This document shows, piece after piece, positions 13,165-26,385 of a DNA stretch of 64,000 nucleotides. Made by a program: the position numbers and the translations under genes. The first letter of the stretch is position 1; each line of letters begins with the position of its first letter. A model generated the notes under the pieces. It saw nothing but the letters and a program-made list of their open reading frames with translations. It was not told where the DNA came from and made no database searches. Location: assembly GCF_037042905.1 (NCBI RefSeq), contig NC_087251.1:37202001-37266000 (forward strand). The letters are read 5' to 3'. Origin of the DNA: Lytechinus pictus. Its lineage: Eukaryota.

Positions 13165-13601
13165 TAAAGCTCTGAAATAGCAGCTAGGGCTTTCGCTTGT
13201 TTCCGGATGCATGAAGACGACAAATTGCTTAAAAGCCAAAGTTTTGCAAAATTAAGATTGCTGATAGCCGAGCTGCTAGAATTTGACCATTTCCTTGTGC
13301 ATGACAGAATTGTTGCTACATTCTTTCCATTCCACTACGTCTATGCTACGTCGTTGGAACTGTCAGTAGGTCCTTACGAGGTCCTTACTGCGTCATTACT
13401 ACGCATTGTACTTGAAGAGACGGCGCTCCTGCCACGTGAACTTTGAACATGTTCAAAATCAAAATGGGTCTCCGGAGATCATACAGACTATGCCAAGGCA
13501 ATAACATTTCTCGCCACGCTCGCGGTACGCTGTAGCAGTTCTGCGTCATGGTCATTTTTGTTGATGTAGCGAGAACTGCATGGACGTAGCGTTCGTGTAA
13601 A

Positions 13602-16600
13602 TAGACGGGTCAATAATATATGGTTTAACCCGGAACAAATTGCAACAAATAGTATTTCAACTCTTACTGGCAGTATTTGACTTCTGGGGGGCGTTTCATG
13701 AAAGGACTTGTCGGACGTTTTATCCGACAAGTCCCACTTTATCCGATAGTTACCATAGGAACAGTGCCTGTCAGCCAATCAAAATCATGAAAAGATGTCA
13801 GATCTGACAACTTGTCGGATGAAGATATTGATGAAACGCTCCCCAGGAATAACATACTAAAAATCTACCAAAATCTGCATTCGGGAAAGTGGTTATTTTT
13901 AAGATCGCGTCCAAGATGGCCGCCATTCACTGAAAATCGATAAAACTCACTCATTATCCACCCTAGAATCCTATTTAGGTTCATATTCCATGGTCCAGGG
14001 GGTAAAATGATTTGTTGATACAAGTTAGAGTGAATATAAGCACTCAAGGCTACCTGGAAAATCCATGATGGCTGCCGTAGGCTAAAAATCTACAATTCAT
14101 CTATTACTTACTTAAGTGGCTTAAATTTGGTTTAAGGTGAAGTAGTACATTGAGATAAGTTACAATGACAGTCAGTGGTCCGGTATGTAAAAAAAATCAA
14201 GATGGCTTCCAAAATTGGAGTCTAGAATTGCAGTTGCAACTTAAAAAACCCCAACATAGTTTGTTCAACATCCGGGAATATGATTTGTGTGTATCCCATG
14301 GTTACATGGCTCAAATAATACATTGGGATAAGTTACAAGGAAAGTCGGTGGTCAAGTATGTCCAAAAGTCCACGGTGGCTTCAAAATGGAGTATAAAATA
14401 GCCGCTGTTATTTTCAAATGGACATAGCTATGTAATATCCGTCAAGGGCATATGGTTTTGATGTCTAAACCAGGGTTTTAAAAGTCAGAAAATTAGTTAC
14501 AAGGACAGTCAATGGTCCAGTATGTCGAAAATCCAAGATGGCTTCCAAAAATCTGAGTCTAAAATGACTGATGTTACTTAAAATTGGACATAGTTCATTT
14601 TAAAATCCACCAAGGTGATATGATTTCCGTTTCCACACTATGGTTTAATGGTTAAAATACTACGTTTGGACTGGTTTCTATGATATGCAGTTGTACATTT
14701 TGCCTAAAAATCCAAGAGGGTTTTCAAAATGCCATCTAAAACGACACATATCACTCAATAATAGTCAGAGCTCATACAATATAAAACTGTGAGAAATAAT
14801 TTTGGTGTCTACACTGTGGTATGAATTGTCAAATAATGCATTTGGACAAGTAACAAGGAAGGTTAGTTTTCTATTTTGTTTAAAATATCCAAGGTAGATT
14901 TTAAAATTTCATCATAATGGGTGCTGTTACCAACTCATTAAACAATCCCCATGTATTTAAGTGTAGGGACTAAAATTATTTCTCACAGGTGGATATTGTA
15001 TGAACTATGTCCACTTTTATTAAGTAACAGCAGTCATTTTAGAACCCATTTTTGACTGAAGCCAACTTGGACTTTAAGGCAAAATGAACAACTGCATATC
15101 ATTGTAACCAGTCCAAAAGTATTTTTCGCCCTTGAAACCCTATTGTGGAAACCAAAATAATATCCACAGGTGTATTTTGAATGTTCTATATCCACTTTTA
15201 TGCAACAGCACTTCACAGAAGTCATTTAAGACTCCATTTTTCAAAAGCCATCTTGGATTTTTGGACATACTTGACACCTGACTGTCCTTTCAACTTGACA
15301 CAATGTATTAGTTGATCCTTTAAACTCTAAACATAATCCCTAAAATCATATCCCCAAGGTGTATTTCTAATGAACAATGTATACCTTTTAGTAACAACAG
15401 TCAATTTAGACCCCATTTTTGGAAGCCATCTTGGATTTTTTTTTAACTTGCCAGATCACGGACTGTTCTTGTGACTTGCCCTAGTGCATTAATTGACACT
15501 TTAAACCTTGGTTTATACACTAAGCTCATATTCCCCAGACAGATATTGAACAAACCATGTCCATCTATACTAAAATGAGGCAATTATTTACTCCATTCTT
15601 GGAAGGCATCTTGGAATTGTAGACATACTAGACCACTGACTGTCATTTTAACTTGTCGTAATGTATAATTTGACCCCTGAAACCACAGTTTAGACACAAA
15701 AATCATGTCTCGCAGGTGCATATAAAATGAGCTATGCCACCTTCAAGTATCAGCAGCCATTTTAGAATCAATTTTTGGAAGCCATATTGGAATTTTGACA
15801 TACCAGACCACTGACTGTCCTTATAACTTGTCCTTATGTATTACTAGTATTTGACCCTTGAAACCAGTGGTTTAGACACCAAAATCACATCTCCCAGGCC
15901 TATATGAAATGAGCTATGTCCGCTTTAAGTATTAGCAGCCATTTCAGAATCAATTTTTGGAAGCCATGGTGGATTTTAGGACTTACCAGATGACTGAATT
16001 TCCTTGTAACTTGCCCCAATGTATGATTTGAACCATGCTATAGACACAAAAATCATATTCCTGGATATTAAGCAAACTATGTCAGTTTTTTTTTAAGTAG
16101 CAACAGCAATTTTAGACTCCATTTTTGGAAGCCATCATGGATTTTTTAACATAATGGACCCCTGGCGGTCCTTATAACTTGTCCAAATGTATTTTCATCA
16201 ATAAAACTATGGTCTGGACACCAAAATCATATCTCCCTGGCGGATATGAAATGAACTCCATTTTAAGTATCAACAGTCATTTCAAACTCCATTTTTGGAA
16301 GCCATCTTGAATTTTTGGACCCACCAGACCGCTGACTGTCCTTGTAACTTGTTCCAATGTACTACTTCACCCTTAAAACAATTGAATTGAAACCAAATAA
16401 ATTGTGGATTTTAAGCCAACGGTAGCCATTTTGGACGCCATCTTGCATGGATTTTACAGGTACTCTGGAGTGCTTATATTCATTTTAGCCTGTATCAACA
16501 ATATTATTCTATAGGATTCTAGGGTGGATGAGTTATATTCATTTACAGTGAATCTTGGCGGCCATCTTGTTGGACACCTTCTTGAAAATAACCGCTTTCC

Positions 16601-16735
16601 CGGATGTGGATTTTGGTAGATTTGTAATAATTATGTTATGCCTGAGGTCAAATAGTACCAAAAATCGTTGAAAACCCATATTTGTTGCAATTTGTTCCGG
16701 GTAAGGGTAATTTTGGTCGTATATCGACCTGTCTA
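13602..16735. mobile_element. 3.1-kb non-autonomous foldback-like DNA transposon, Academ-like termini
   Basis: Begins TAGACGGGTC and ends GACCTGTCTA. Long imperfect inverted arms (ACCCGGAACAAATTGCAACAAATA mirrored at ~16680-16703), AAA on both flanks, and internal ~150-bp CCAAGATGGC-type repeats. Confidence 0.7.
13684..13846. mobile_element. MITE with CWG flanks (PIF/Harbinger-like) nested in the 13602 element
   Basis: CTG|GGGGGCGTTTCAT.. / ..ATGAAACGCTCCC|CAG. Confidence 0.65.
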
Positions 16736-17745
16736 AAAGGTGGTATTAGACGTGGGGTCAAACTACAGTAACTTGTTTCTTTTCAAAAAATTTATATTTT
16801 TTGCATTTTTTTTGCACTTACTAGGAAGAAAATATGTACATGTAGGCTACTGTACACCTTTTAAAAAATAATAAGTATGATTAAAATACACGAACGCCCT
16901 GATCAAGCAAATGTTCAAGCTGCTCTGACGGAGCTTGAAAAAAATACAAGCAAGTGCTTAACCACACGAGCAAAATGTTCGCAAGGAAGTGCTAGCAGTC
17001 AGTTAGCGATTGCTTGAACTTACTAGCATTTGCTCGCTCATTATGCATACAGGATAAAGCAACAACCAAGCAAAAGCAATTGCTATTTTATAATATGCTT
17101 CTGATCTATTTTGATTGGCTAGTAATTGCTTGTGCTTAAAGCAATTGCTTGCAAGTAATTGCTTATATTCATGCATCTGACCTAATCTAAATATTGGCCT
17201 TAAAACAGTTACGCTTACGAAATAAGCAATTGTCAAGGCTTCATCGTTTGCTTGGCTAGCAATCTCTTCTGTTCTTGAATCAAGCAATTGCTACTTTTTA
17301 TGCATCTGACCCAGAGACTAGAAGCCCAAATATCTACAAAAGTTTCTAGATTATTATGCGTATTGTTTTGTTTTTTCATTCGATACTTCTATTTCACAAT
17401 ATGCCAAATAAAATGTAATTTTAACTGAGATTTATACATTTAGTCAAGCGCATCGAATTCATAAACTTGACATGTATGGGAATATATATATATATATATA
17501 TATATATCAAGCATGAAATTTCAACTGACATCAACTTTAGTCAAGCGCATCGAATTCATAAATTTGTCGTGTATGGGAATATAATTTCTGAAGCCTCTGT
17601 TTTTTCATGGCGTGGAATATCAAATATATCTCTATTTTTGTGAACAAATTGATGGATTAAATATGAATTGAATTCTTACGATGAACCCCGTTTCTAAATG
17701 TGTATTTCCTTTATCCTCGTTAGTATAGCCTTGATCAGACGTGAT

Positions 17746-18087
17746 GGGATCCAAGTCGGAGTCAAATTATGCATGGATTCAAAGGTATTTCTCTTATCAC
17801 GACCATAAAAAAAGGCCGTTTTGGTCGAAGAGTCGGAGGAAAGGTCCGAGTAGTACCCGTCTGGACGGAGCTCCTCCGAACAAGACACTCTTTGAAACAG
17901 GTAGGAGTATCTTGGTCGGAGCATGGACCTACTATGGTCGGAGGGATTGTGTCTCTGTCCTCCGACTGGGCTTCCTCCCTCCGACCCTTCTTCCGACCAA
18001 AATAGCCTCGTCTTGGTCGTGATAAGAGAAATATCTTTCGAAACTTAATCCATGCATAATAGAATTTTCCTCCGAACTGGATCCCCC
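17746..18087. mobile_element. Palindromic MITE-like element
   Basis: GGGATCCA..TTATGCATGGATT..TTTCTCTTATCACGACCA mirrored by TGGTCGTGATAAGAGAAAT..AATCCATGCATAA..TGGATCCC. Confidence 0.65.
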
Positions 18088-19759
18088 GCATCTCTAAACG
18101 ATGCTTATAATATACAACTTTCCACTGTATACAAATTATAAAAAAAACATGAAAAGCACTGTTTTCCTGTCGGGTGGATAATCGAGAGAAATAGCATGAA
18201 GGCTTTGAGAAAGAGTGATATTGCAAATCCGACCATCAGACGCGCTAATCCGGGAGGGGATGAAAATCGATAATACATATATTATATAAAGGTAATATGT
18301 AATGCATATTTGATTCTATTAAAACTATAAACCCTAAAGCCTGGCATAAAAATACTATTCTTTTTTAAAAAACAGATACAATTAGAATTTTTCGGTCATA
18401 TGTACTGAAAATTTTGAATATTTTTCCCTCTGCCCCCCCCCCCCAACCAATCGGTAAACAGCACTCCCAGAACCACGTTTGCGATCGGCGTTCTGAAACA
18501 ACGTTTAAAAACGCTGATTCTGTATCCGCAATGGACACTGATGGAATCACACCCTAAACCTAGTTGATCCATACCCACTCTGGTGCAAAATCTAGAATAC
18601 TGACTGACCTACTGTTTTATTTCGCTTGGCGAGGGTTAGCATTAAGATCAGACACTTGGTTGCTCAGCGTGCCCCAGGGATTGCATGATCAGTGACGTCA
18701 ATGATGATATAGTGCATTATTCAAAGGATTAATCCACAATTTTCCAAAAGATGGGACATTTCTGTTCAGAAAATTGTTAACAATAAGAAAAAAGAAAAAA
18801 CAAAGGTCTTGACGGTGATTTATGCCAAGAAAAAATTGACAAGCAAAAAGAAAAGTCACTACCGTGTGCACGATATTTTCCTCAAACAAATATTTATCAT
18901 AGCTCTCAAAGTGGGGGGGGGGCAAGGGTCGAATGTGCCCCTACTTGGATTTGCCACTGCATTATTCTATTATTGACGTCACGTCATAGCAAATTTTAAA
19001 TATAGGCATTTATATTTTTCAACACCAATTACATCATAGCTAGATTTTTGGGGTCACATGATACTATTTGAACCATTCACTTGACAGAATTTGATCTATG
19101 TGTAGTATAATACTGTATAATCACCCCCCCCCCCTGATGGCACAGGGGTTTTAAAACAAATAATTTCAGATATATAACTCATGGCAGATACAAGGATAAA
19201 CATTTATCTTCAAAATTGCCCCGTCTTCAAATTGAAACCATTAATATTTGGTTATGGCACGGCATCTCTAGATCAACAAGACATATCCTATTAACTGAGT
19301 TAATAAAACAATTATTAACAAAATATTCAATTTCATTTATTCATTTATTTCAATCAAAAAGACAAAAATATACATGATTCATAGGTTAAAGGACCAATAC
19401 TTAACAATTGACAAAAATAATAAAGTAATAGATTCCTTCCAAAAAAAATTGACAGAAATAAATGTATTGAGCAACTAGACAAACTCGAGAGATTGCGATA
19501 GGAGATAAATTATAAAGATTTTCCATATGAATATACCAGTGTAGATAATGGCAACTTAGAAATCAAGTTAAGGAAATTCTACACAGATATAAAGCCAGGG
19601 ATAGGTCATCAAGGAACATATTTCAATATCAAACCAATTCTGGGAATCCAGTAAAGGCGCTGATGAGCCTTTACAAAAATGGCATACCCCAAAATTTCTA
19701 CAGTTGACTTTAAAAGAATACTGGGTCAACAGATTACTAAATTTTAAAGACACTGAGTA

Positions 19760-21150
19760 AATATGGAGGTTGGATGTAAAAATATCAGAGGTAAAAATGA
19801 CGGGGGTAAAAAAAATGCAGAAATAAAAGTGGCTAAGGCAAAACTGGCAGACATGTCTTAAGCAAAAATTGCATTGAATTTGTGAGCTCTGACATATTTT
19901 ACCTGACACCATAATGGAAAGAAGATGAATCACACAGAGCATGATTGGTAAAAAAGGCATCCTGGGTAAAAAAATTGCAGAAGTAAAAGCGGCAGAGGAA
20001 AAAACTGCAGGGGTAAAAATGGCAGGTGTATCTAAAGAAAGATGGCATAGATTTTTACTTCTGCCATTTTGACATGTGACATTTTTTACCTGATGCCAAA
20101 AAGGAAAGAAGACGAATTGGACAGAACAAGGGTTATTAAAGTGACAGAGGTGAAAATTGGAGAAGTAAAAGTGGCATAGGAAAAAATTACAGGGGTAAAG
20201 GTGGCAGGTGTATATAAAGAAAAATAGAATTGATTTTTACTTCTGCCATTTTGACCTGTGACTTTTTTACCTGATGCCAAAAAGGAAAGAAGATGAATTG
20301 GATAGAACAAGGGTTAGAGTGACAGAGGTAAAAAAAAATTGTAGAAGTAAAAGTGGCAGAGGAAAACATTGCATGAAGGAGTAAAAATGGCAAATGTATT
20401 AAAACAAAAATGGCACTGTATTTTACTAATGCCATTTTTGACCTCTGACATTTTTACCTGATACCAAAAGGAAAGATGGATTGGACAGAACAGGGGTTAA
20501 AGTGATAGAGGTGAAAATTGCAGAAGTAAAAGTGGCAGAGGAAAAAACTGCAAGGGTAAAAATGGCAGGTGTATCTAAAGAAAAATGGCATTGATTTTTA
20601 CTTCTGCCAATTTGACATGTGACATTTTTACCTGATACCAAAAAGGAAAGAGGACGAATTGGACAGAACAAGGGTTATTAAAGTGACAGAGGTGAAAATT
20701 GGAGAAGTAAAAGTGGCATGGGAAAAAATTACAGGGGTAAAAGTGGCAGGTGTATATAAAGCAAAATGGAATTGATTTTTACTTCTGCCATTTTGACCTA
20801 TGACTTTTTTACCTGATGCCAAAAAGGAAAGAAGATGAATTGGACAGAACAAGGGTCAGAAAGACAGAGGTTAAAAAAAATTGCAGAAGTAAAAGTGGCA
20901 GAGGAAAACATTGCATGAAGGGGTAAAAATGGCAAATGTATTAAAACAAAAATGGCACTGTATTTTACTAATGCCATTTTTTACCTCTGACATTTTCACC
21001 TGGCAACATAATGGAAAGAGGATGTATTTGACAAAGCAGGGTAAAAAGAGGCAAGTATAAGTGGCAGAGGCAAAAATGGCAGAAATATCTAGAAACAAAA
21101 GTCATTTAATTCTAATTCTGCCATTTTCATCTGGCACCATAATGGAAAAA
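19760..21150. repeat. ~180-bp tandem satellite array with 542-bp higher-order unit
   Basis: TTTTACCTGATGCCAAAAAGG-like anchors recur about every 172-188 bp. Blocks 542 bp apart (e.g. 20086 and 20628) are nearly identical. Confidence 0.85.
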
Positions 21151-21360
21151 AGGATGAATTAGGGGGATTTGAAATAAAGGGAGAGGAAAGAGCGATATAG
21201 GAGGAAAGAAAAAGAAAGAAAGAGAAAGTTGGAACAGAGAGATTAAAGAGTAAATCCACCCTTACATCAAGTAGCTTTTGAACACAAGCAGAAAATAAGA
21301 AAAATGTATAAATGGAGGTTTGATGAAAACGTAGCAACAGTGACAGATTTTTACATTATT

Positions 21361-21957
21361 AGGTCAAGTCCACCCCAGGAAAATGCTGACTTGAATAAAT
21401 AGAGAAAAATTAAACTAGCAAAGTGCTGAAAATTTCATCAAAATCGGATGTAAAATAAGAAAGTTATGACATTTCAAAGTTTCGCTTATTTGTCACAAAA
21501 CAGTGATTTGCACAACTAGGTGAGTCAGTAGATGATGTCCATCACTCACTATTTTTTTTGTTTTTTATTGTTTGAATTTTACGATATTTCATTTTTTATA
21601 GATTTGACAATAAGGACCAACTTGACTGAACCATGCAGTATAAAACAATGCTAATCACACATGTTCAGGGAGGAATTAATCGTTGTATCACTCGACAATG
21701 ACGAGAAAATTAGAATATTTCATATTTCATGTAATAAAATACAAAAGAAATAGTGAGTGGATGACGTCATAGTCTCCTCATTTGCATACCAGCCAGGATG
21801 TGCATACTTTTATATCTGTTTTGTGAAATTAAGCGAAACTTAAAAATGTCATAACTTTCTTATTTTACATCTGATTTTGATGAAATTTTTAGTGTTATGC
21901 TTGTTGGATTTTTCTCTATTTATTCAAATCAACTTTTTGTTGGGGTGGACTTGTCCT
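21361..21957. mobile_element. Kolobok-like MITE
   Basis: TIR AGGTCAAGTCCACCCCA / TGGGGTGGACTTGTCCT followed by TTAA, with long inverted arms. A related copy is at 28582 and a fragment at ~1865-1955. Confidence 0.75.
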
Positions 21958-22503
21958 TTAAGGATGGTTCATCACATGTGAGCAGCTCTTCCATCTACCA
22001 TGCTATTTAAATATTGTAAAGTGTCACTTACTCAGAAAGTTTCAAATGATTTTCTTTGTACATTTAATCAAGAACAATTTTCATATTCAAGAAAAGATGA
22101 TGAGCATTAAACATTAGAAATATATTGCTGCAGTATGGCAAATAGGAAGGGCTGCTTGCATGCGTTGTCACAAACTCAAATTCAGAAATCTTCAATGGGT
22201 GTTGCCATATCTTCATTTATATGTCTCTCTCCAACTGAATTTTCTACCAATACCTTTTACATGATAAAATGAGTTCTATTCATTAAATAGTTATCTTTGT
22301 AAAGTGCTTTTAATTTGTTCTGGTGTATCTCATGCTACACACAAGCAGAATATTATCACAAAGTGATTGCAAATAAAAATAGCTGAAAATACTAATTGTT
22401 GGAAAAAGTTAAATGCTGAAAAAAGCAGAAGGCAAAAAGATGAAAAAGAACTCTTTATTTAATACATCCCTGCATTACATATATTGAAATGTCGGAAGAG
22501 CAT

Positions 22504-22677
22504 TCATAATAAACTAGAAGGGAGGTTTTGTTTCCAAGGAAAGCTGGTTTGAGTACCAGGAGCTAAGACACTAATTGATGCTATTGCACATGATCTTTTT
22601 ATCATCTCACCGAGATCCAGAGAGGGATGGTTTGCGAGATAAAACGCCAGAGAACCAATGAACGCATCACCAGCTCC
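22504..22677 (-). CDS. RBKS: Ribokinase, last coding exon (GAGDAFIGSLAFYLA...GTQTSFP...*)
   Basis: PfkB signature 2 (DTT|GAGDAF with the catalytic Asp), acceptor TATTTTCAG|, 174 nt ending in TGA. Confidence 0.95.
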   Translation of the reverse strand, partial: GAGDAFIGSLAFYLANHPSLDLGEMIKRSCAIASISVLAPGTQTSFPWKQNLPSSLL

Positions 22678-23234
22678 CTGAAAATATAAGACATGGGAAG
22701 TGTAATATGAGATACGCTTGCCTTGATATTTACAGTTGATTACAGTTGGAAACCTGTTGCAGTTACTTTTCAACAGCCCAGTATGTTTAAAGGTATACCT
22801 AATCATGAAAAAAAAAATTGAGGAATAATTTAGGGTATGGAAAACACTTGTTTGAGTTGATACTCAATGTGAATATGGTAAATTAAGTTCAATAAAATCT
22901 TTACTTTGACTATACCAACCTCCATGAATACACTTATATGTAATTGAAAAGCACAGAAGACAAAACTATTTTCGCACGCACGTAATAAACATATGCTTTC
23001 CTTGTTCCAACACCAGTAATAATGTAATTTGTAATTTGAAATACAATGTTAAAAGAAATGATTTTAAGAAATTAAGGATATGTAATTTGGTACGGTCACC
23101 CCCAAAGCTTACTTTTCCTTACATTTTAAATTCTACTTTATTTCATAGAGACAGAGAACCAATTTTTGTTTTCATACAACCAAAACTTGAATTATACTTG
23201 AATTTTCAATGTAGTATATTTTTGTTTTACTCAC

Positions 23235-23423
23235 TGTAGTATCAACTGCTGTTACAGCATCAGTGGGAACATGTATTGGAGTTCTTGATTCTGCGGTGGC
23301 ATAGACGGCCCCCTCACTTCCCATTGTTATAACAGCGGTCTTACAACCCTTATCAAGAAGAACTAAAGATGCTTTCTTAGCTTCTTCTACATTGGATACT
23401 GAGAGACCTGTCAGGAGTTGTGT
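23235..23423 (-). CDS. RBKS: Ribokinase exon 7 (TQLLTGLSV...AVITMGSEGAVY...AVDTT)
   Basis: 189 nt open, acceptor GTGTTGTAAG|, donor ACA|GTGAGT. Contains the ITxGxxG motif and DTT. Confidence 0.93.
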
Positions 23424-23599
23424 CTTACAACACGATAGATGAGATTAATCTGTTTTTGCTCAAAAAATTAGCATTGATCGATGATTTTATATTCATTTTC
23501 ATGCTCTGGAAAATTAAAGTACTGATATGATAGCAGCGGAATTGTGATGAAAGTTTGCCAATTTGCACCTTTAAACAGTGATTTTGTTGTTTTCTTCTT

Positions 23600-23735
23600 T
23601 CAACCTTCATTAAAAAGAACTGTCTGAACTTCTTCTACACTGGATGCATAGAGACCTGTCCAGAGTTGTGTCTTATGATATGACATGGAGGTACTCCGTT
23701 TTCATAGAGTCAAGATTAATCTGTTTTTTGCTCCT
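23600..23735 (-). pseudogene. Degenerate partial duplicate of RBKS exon 7 5' end and its upstream intron
   Basis: After TAAG| it reads TQLWTGLYASSVEEVQTVLFNEG* versus the true TQLLTGLSVSNVEEAKKASLVLLDKGC. The intronic AGATTAATCTGTTTTT block is also duplicated. Confidence 0.8.
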
Positions 23736-23870
23736 TAAACTAGCAATTTCTAATAATATTCATACTTTGCATTAAAAAAGTTAATATGGACAGAAGACCA
23801 GTCAAATTGTATGGTATAATTTTGTGTTCAAACGAAAATTTGGTTCACAAACAGCTCACCTAATCATATA

Positions 23871-24730
23871 CTGTAGAAGCTGTTATTTTCGCGTACAGAA
23901 TTTTTCGCGAATCACGGGGGTCCCGACATTTTCGCGGGTTGTTAAATTCGCGATCGGAAGATGTAGAAAACATTTCCACAGCATTTAAAAGAAGCAAAAC
24001 TAGTGCTAATCACGTGCAAATCTCTACTCCTCAAAGTATCATGCTGATGTGTTATTTGTACATAAATATGTCCCTGTAAAAACAGTTACAAACTGTGGAA
24101 AAAGGTGGTTTAAATTTCATTTTTTTTACCTTTAGATCTGAAAATTCATCATGCCACAGTTTGATCTGTAATTTATAGGGTTAGCAATCTTTAGAATTTG
24201 TATTTTGTTCTATTAATTTTTCAAAAAAATGGTAAAACTGCAAAAATGTGGAATTTTGTGAACAGAATCTTCAACTGTAAAAGCTCTGGTCATGTGACTT
24301 ATGAATATTAATGAGTATGCAAATAGCTGCCAATACGTGTGTAATAGAGTCAATCAGATGACAATAATATCAAATTATTTCATGGAAAATACATTTTAAT
24401 ATTACAACGAGTGTATAGATATTGATAAAATAATGTTAGAAAATACTTTAGGCTCTGATTTTGTTTGAGAAATTAAAAAAAGTGAAATTCTAGCTAACTT
24501 TTTGAATCACTAACTGTACTTTCTAAGCCTTATTTTTTGTACATATAGAGGTGCATATCTCCCTTTTCTCACTACACAGTATGTTTTCAATAGCAAAGCT
24601 TTGCTGTTGGGGACATTGGCACTGACTAACAAGTGTGTCAATATCTTCGCGTGTTGTTAAATTCGCGGCCGATCGGCAATTCGCGAAATCCGCGAAAATA
24701 AAACCCCCGCGAAAATTACAGCTTGTACAG
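23871..24730. mobile_element. Non-autonomous DNA transposon with TA TSD (Tc1/mariner-type)
   Basis: TA|CTGTAGAAGCTGTTATTTTCGCG.. / ..CGCGAAAATTACAGCTTGTACAG|TA, with subterminal TTCGCG repeats. Confidence 0.7.
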
Positions 24731-25017
24731 TATATAGACTAAGTGATGATAGACTGGGTGGATATTAGATGAAACAGGTATAGCCTAACTGGAAATTGGA
24801 TGAAATGGCAAATGGGCTAGATGACAATTAAACCAAATGGTTTTAGGAGATAAAATTGTTTGAATTTGAATTTGAAAAAAAAATATTACAAAGCACATGG
24901 CAGCTCGAGGCAGAATTGGTTGGAATTCACATCATATAATAAAATACAATACAGCAAATAAATCATATACATATAAAAATCATCTTCAAATCATGACACA
25001 AGATTGGTAAAAATGGA

Positions 25018-25373
25018 AATAATAATAATACGCTATTATACAGCGCTTAAACCATCAGAACGATATGTCTAAGCGCTTTACAGATATATTATTAAACCGG
25101 TCATCGGATTCAATCAGTCATTCCCGCACACGATGTGTGCACATCCTCAACTCCCTGTGGAGTATTCCAGTCAGTCGCTGGTGAAACGCACACAGTACTG
25201 GACAAGCTTAAATGACTGTCACATCCTACCGTGTACCCATTTAGCACCTGGGTCGAGAGTGGCAAAGTGTGGATTCACGCCTTGCCAACAGGACACCAGA
25301 CCATGGTAGGATTCGAACACGCGACCCTCTGTTTACAAGGCGAGAGTCCGAACCACTACACCATGGCTATTCC
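25018..25373 (-). mobile_element. Full-length tRNA-derived SINE
   Basis: On the - strand: A box TGGTGTAGTGG, B box GTTCGAATCC, central GACCCAGGTGCTAAATGGGTAC block, and a LINE-like tail AAGCGCTT..AAGCGCTGTATAA followed by (TAT)n. Confidence 0.8.
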
Positions 25374-26385
25374 ACAAGGAAAGACAGAGAAAGACATGAA
25401 GAAAACTAAGAAGGAATAAGGGACAGGTAACACACAAGGGGGGGGCGGTATAGGCAGGTAAAAAAGCTGATAGAGATATAGGGAGAGTACTATGAAAGCT
25501 GGAGGTACTTGAGGGATATAATGGAAAGTGAAATATGAAAAAAAGAAACAAAGGCATAGCAGCATCAAGAAAATGCAGGAGTCGTTGGAGCGTAACCCTT
25601 ACTCTTTAGTTTTGATACTCCCCCCCTAAAAGTGTATGTCACTATTCTATTTCAATACTAGATCATATTTATACATGTGCCCCAACCTGTTGTGGCGTGA
25701 AGCATATAATCTAAAAACACATTTTATTGGATATATATTTATCATGATTTCACATCACAATTAAATTTGATAGGGAATCATATTTGTCAAAAATTTCTGC
25801 TTATTTTTTTGGTTTAAAGACCTTCTCAAGCATGGAATGTGATGGAAATTTCAGGATATTTTAATATCAAATAACTAAATATATAAACTAAGTGCTCAAA
25901 CAGATATTTAAACAATATAAAAAACAGTACCAAGAGAGGGTGACAGAATTAATGGCTTGAAAAGTGCAAATATTTGAATTCTGACTGTAATGTTCCATGA
26001 ACGAAGAGTATATTTCACATTACTGACCATTTACAAAAGCTTCAATTGACTATTAGTACTGTCTACCAGACAATCGACAGGAAAAAGAAAGTTTTCAGGT
26101 GACTCACGCAACATTACTTTTTCCTCCTATATTATCAAAGCTTCAACAAGTTTGCAAGTGTACTGCAGATGAATGTAATAATAGTAAATTGATATCATGT
26201 ATCTAAAAATAAATAAGTAAATAACATCTGAAGTAGTTCCTTGACAACAAACCCTTGATATTTAAGTTTACTTTAACACTTTCTTCCTTTAAAATATATG
26301 GCACGAGTACTCATCAACCAGACAGAAAAAGTACCACTTCGCTACTTGGATCAAGAGAGCAATTAGAGGGAGGCTTTGTGGTCTA

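Larger units (their letters stand above)
12757..17310. mobile_element. TIR element (AAGCAATTGC-rich) split by nested insertions
   Basis: GTCATATGCATAAAAGTTGCAATTGCTT at 12757 is mirrored by AGCAATTGCTACTTTTTATGCATCTGAC ending at 17310. The same motif-rich sequence occurs at 12760-12920, 13165-13260 and 16900-17310. Confidence 0.55.

Noticed and set aside
19568..21337. Series of hydrophobic 74-130 aa ORFs on the - strand
   Set aside because: They are mostly translations of the satellite array and adjacent low-complexity DNA, repeating with the DNA period.
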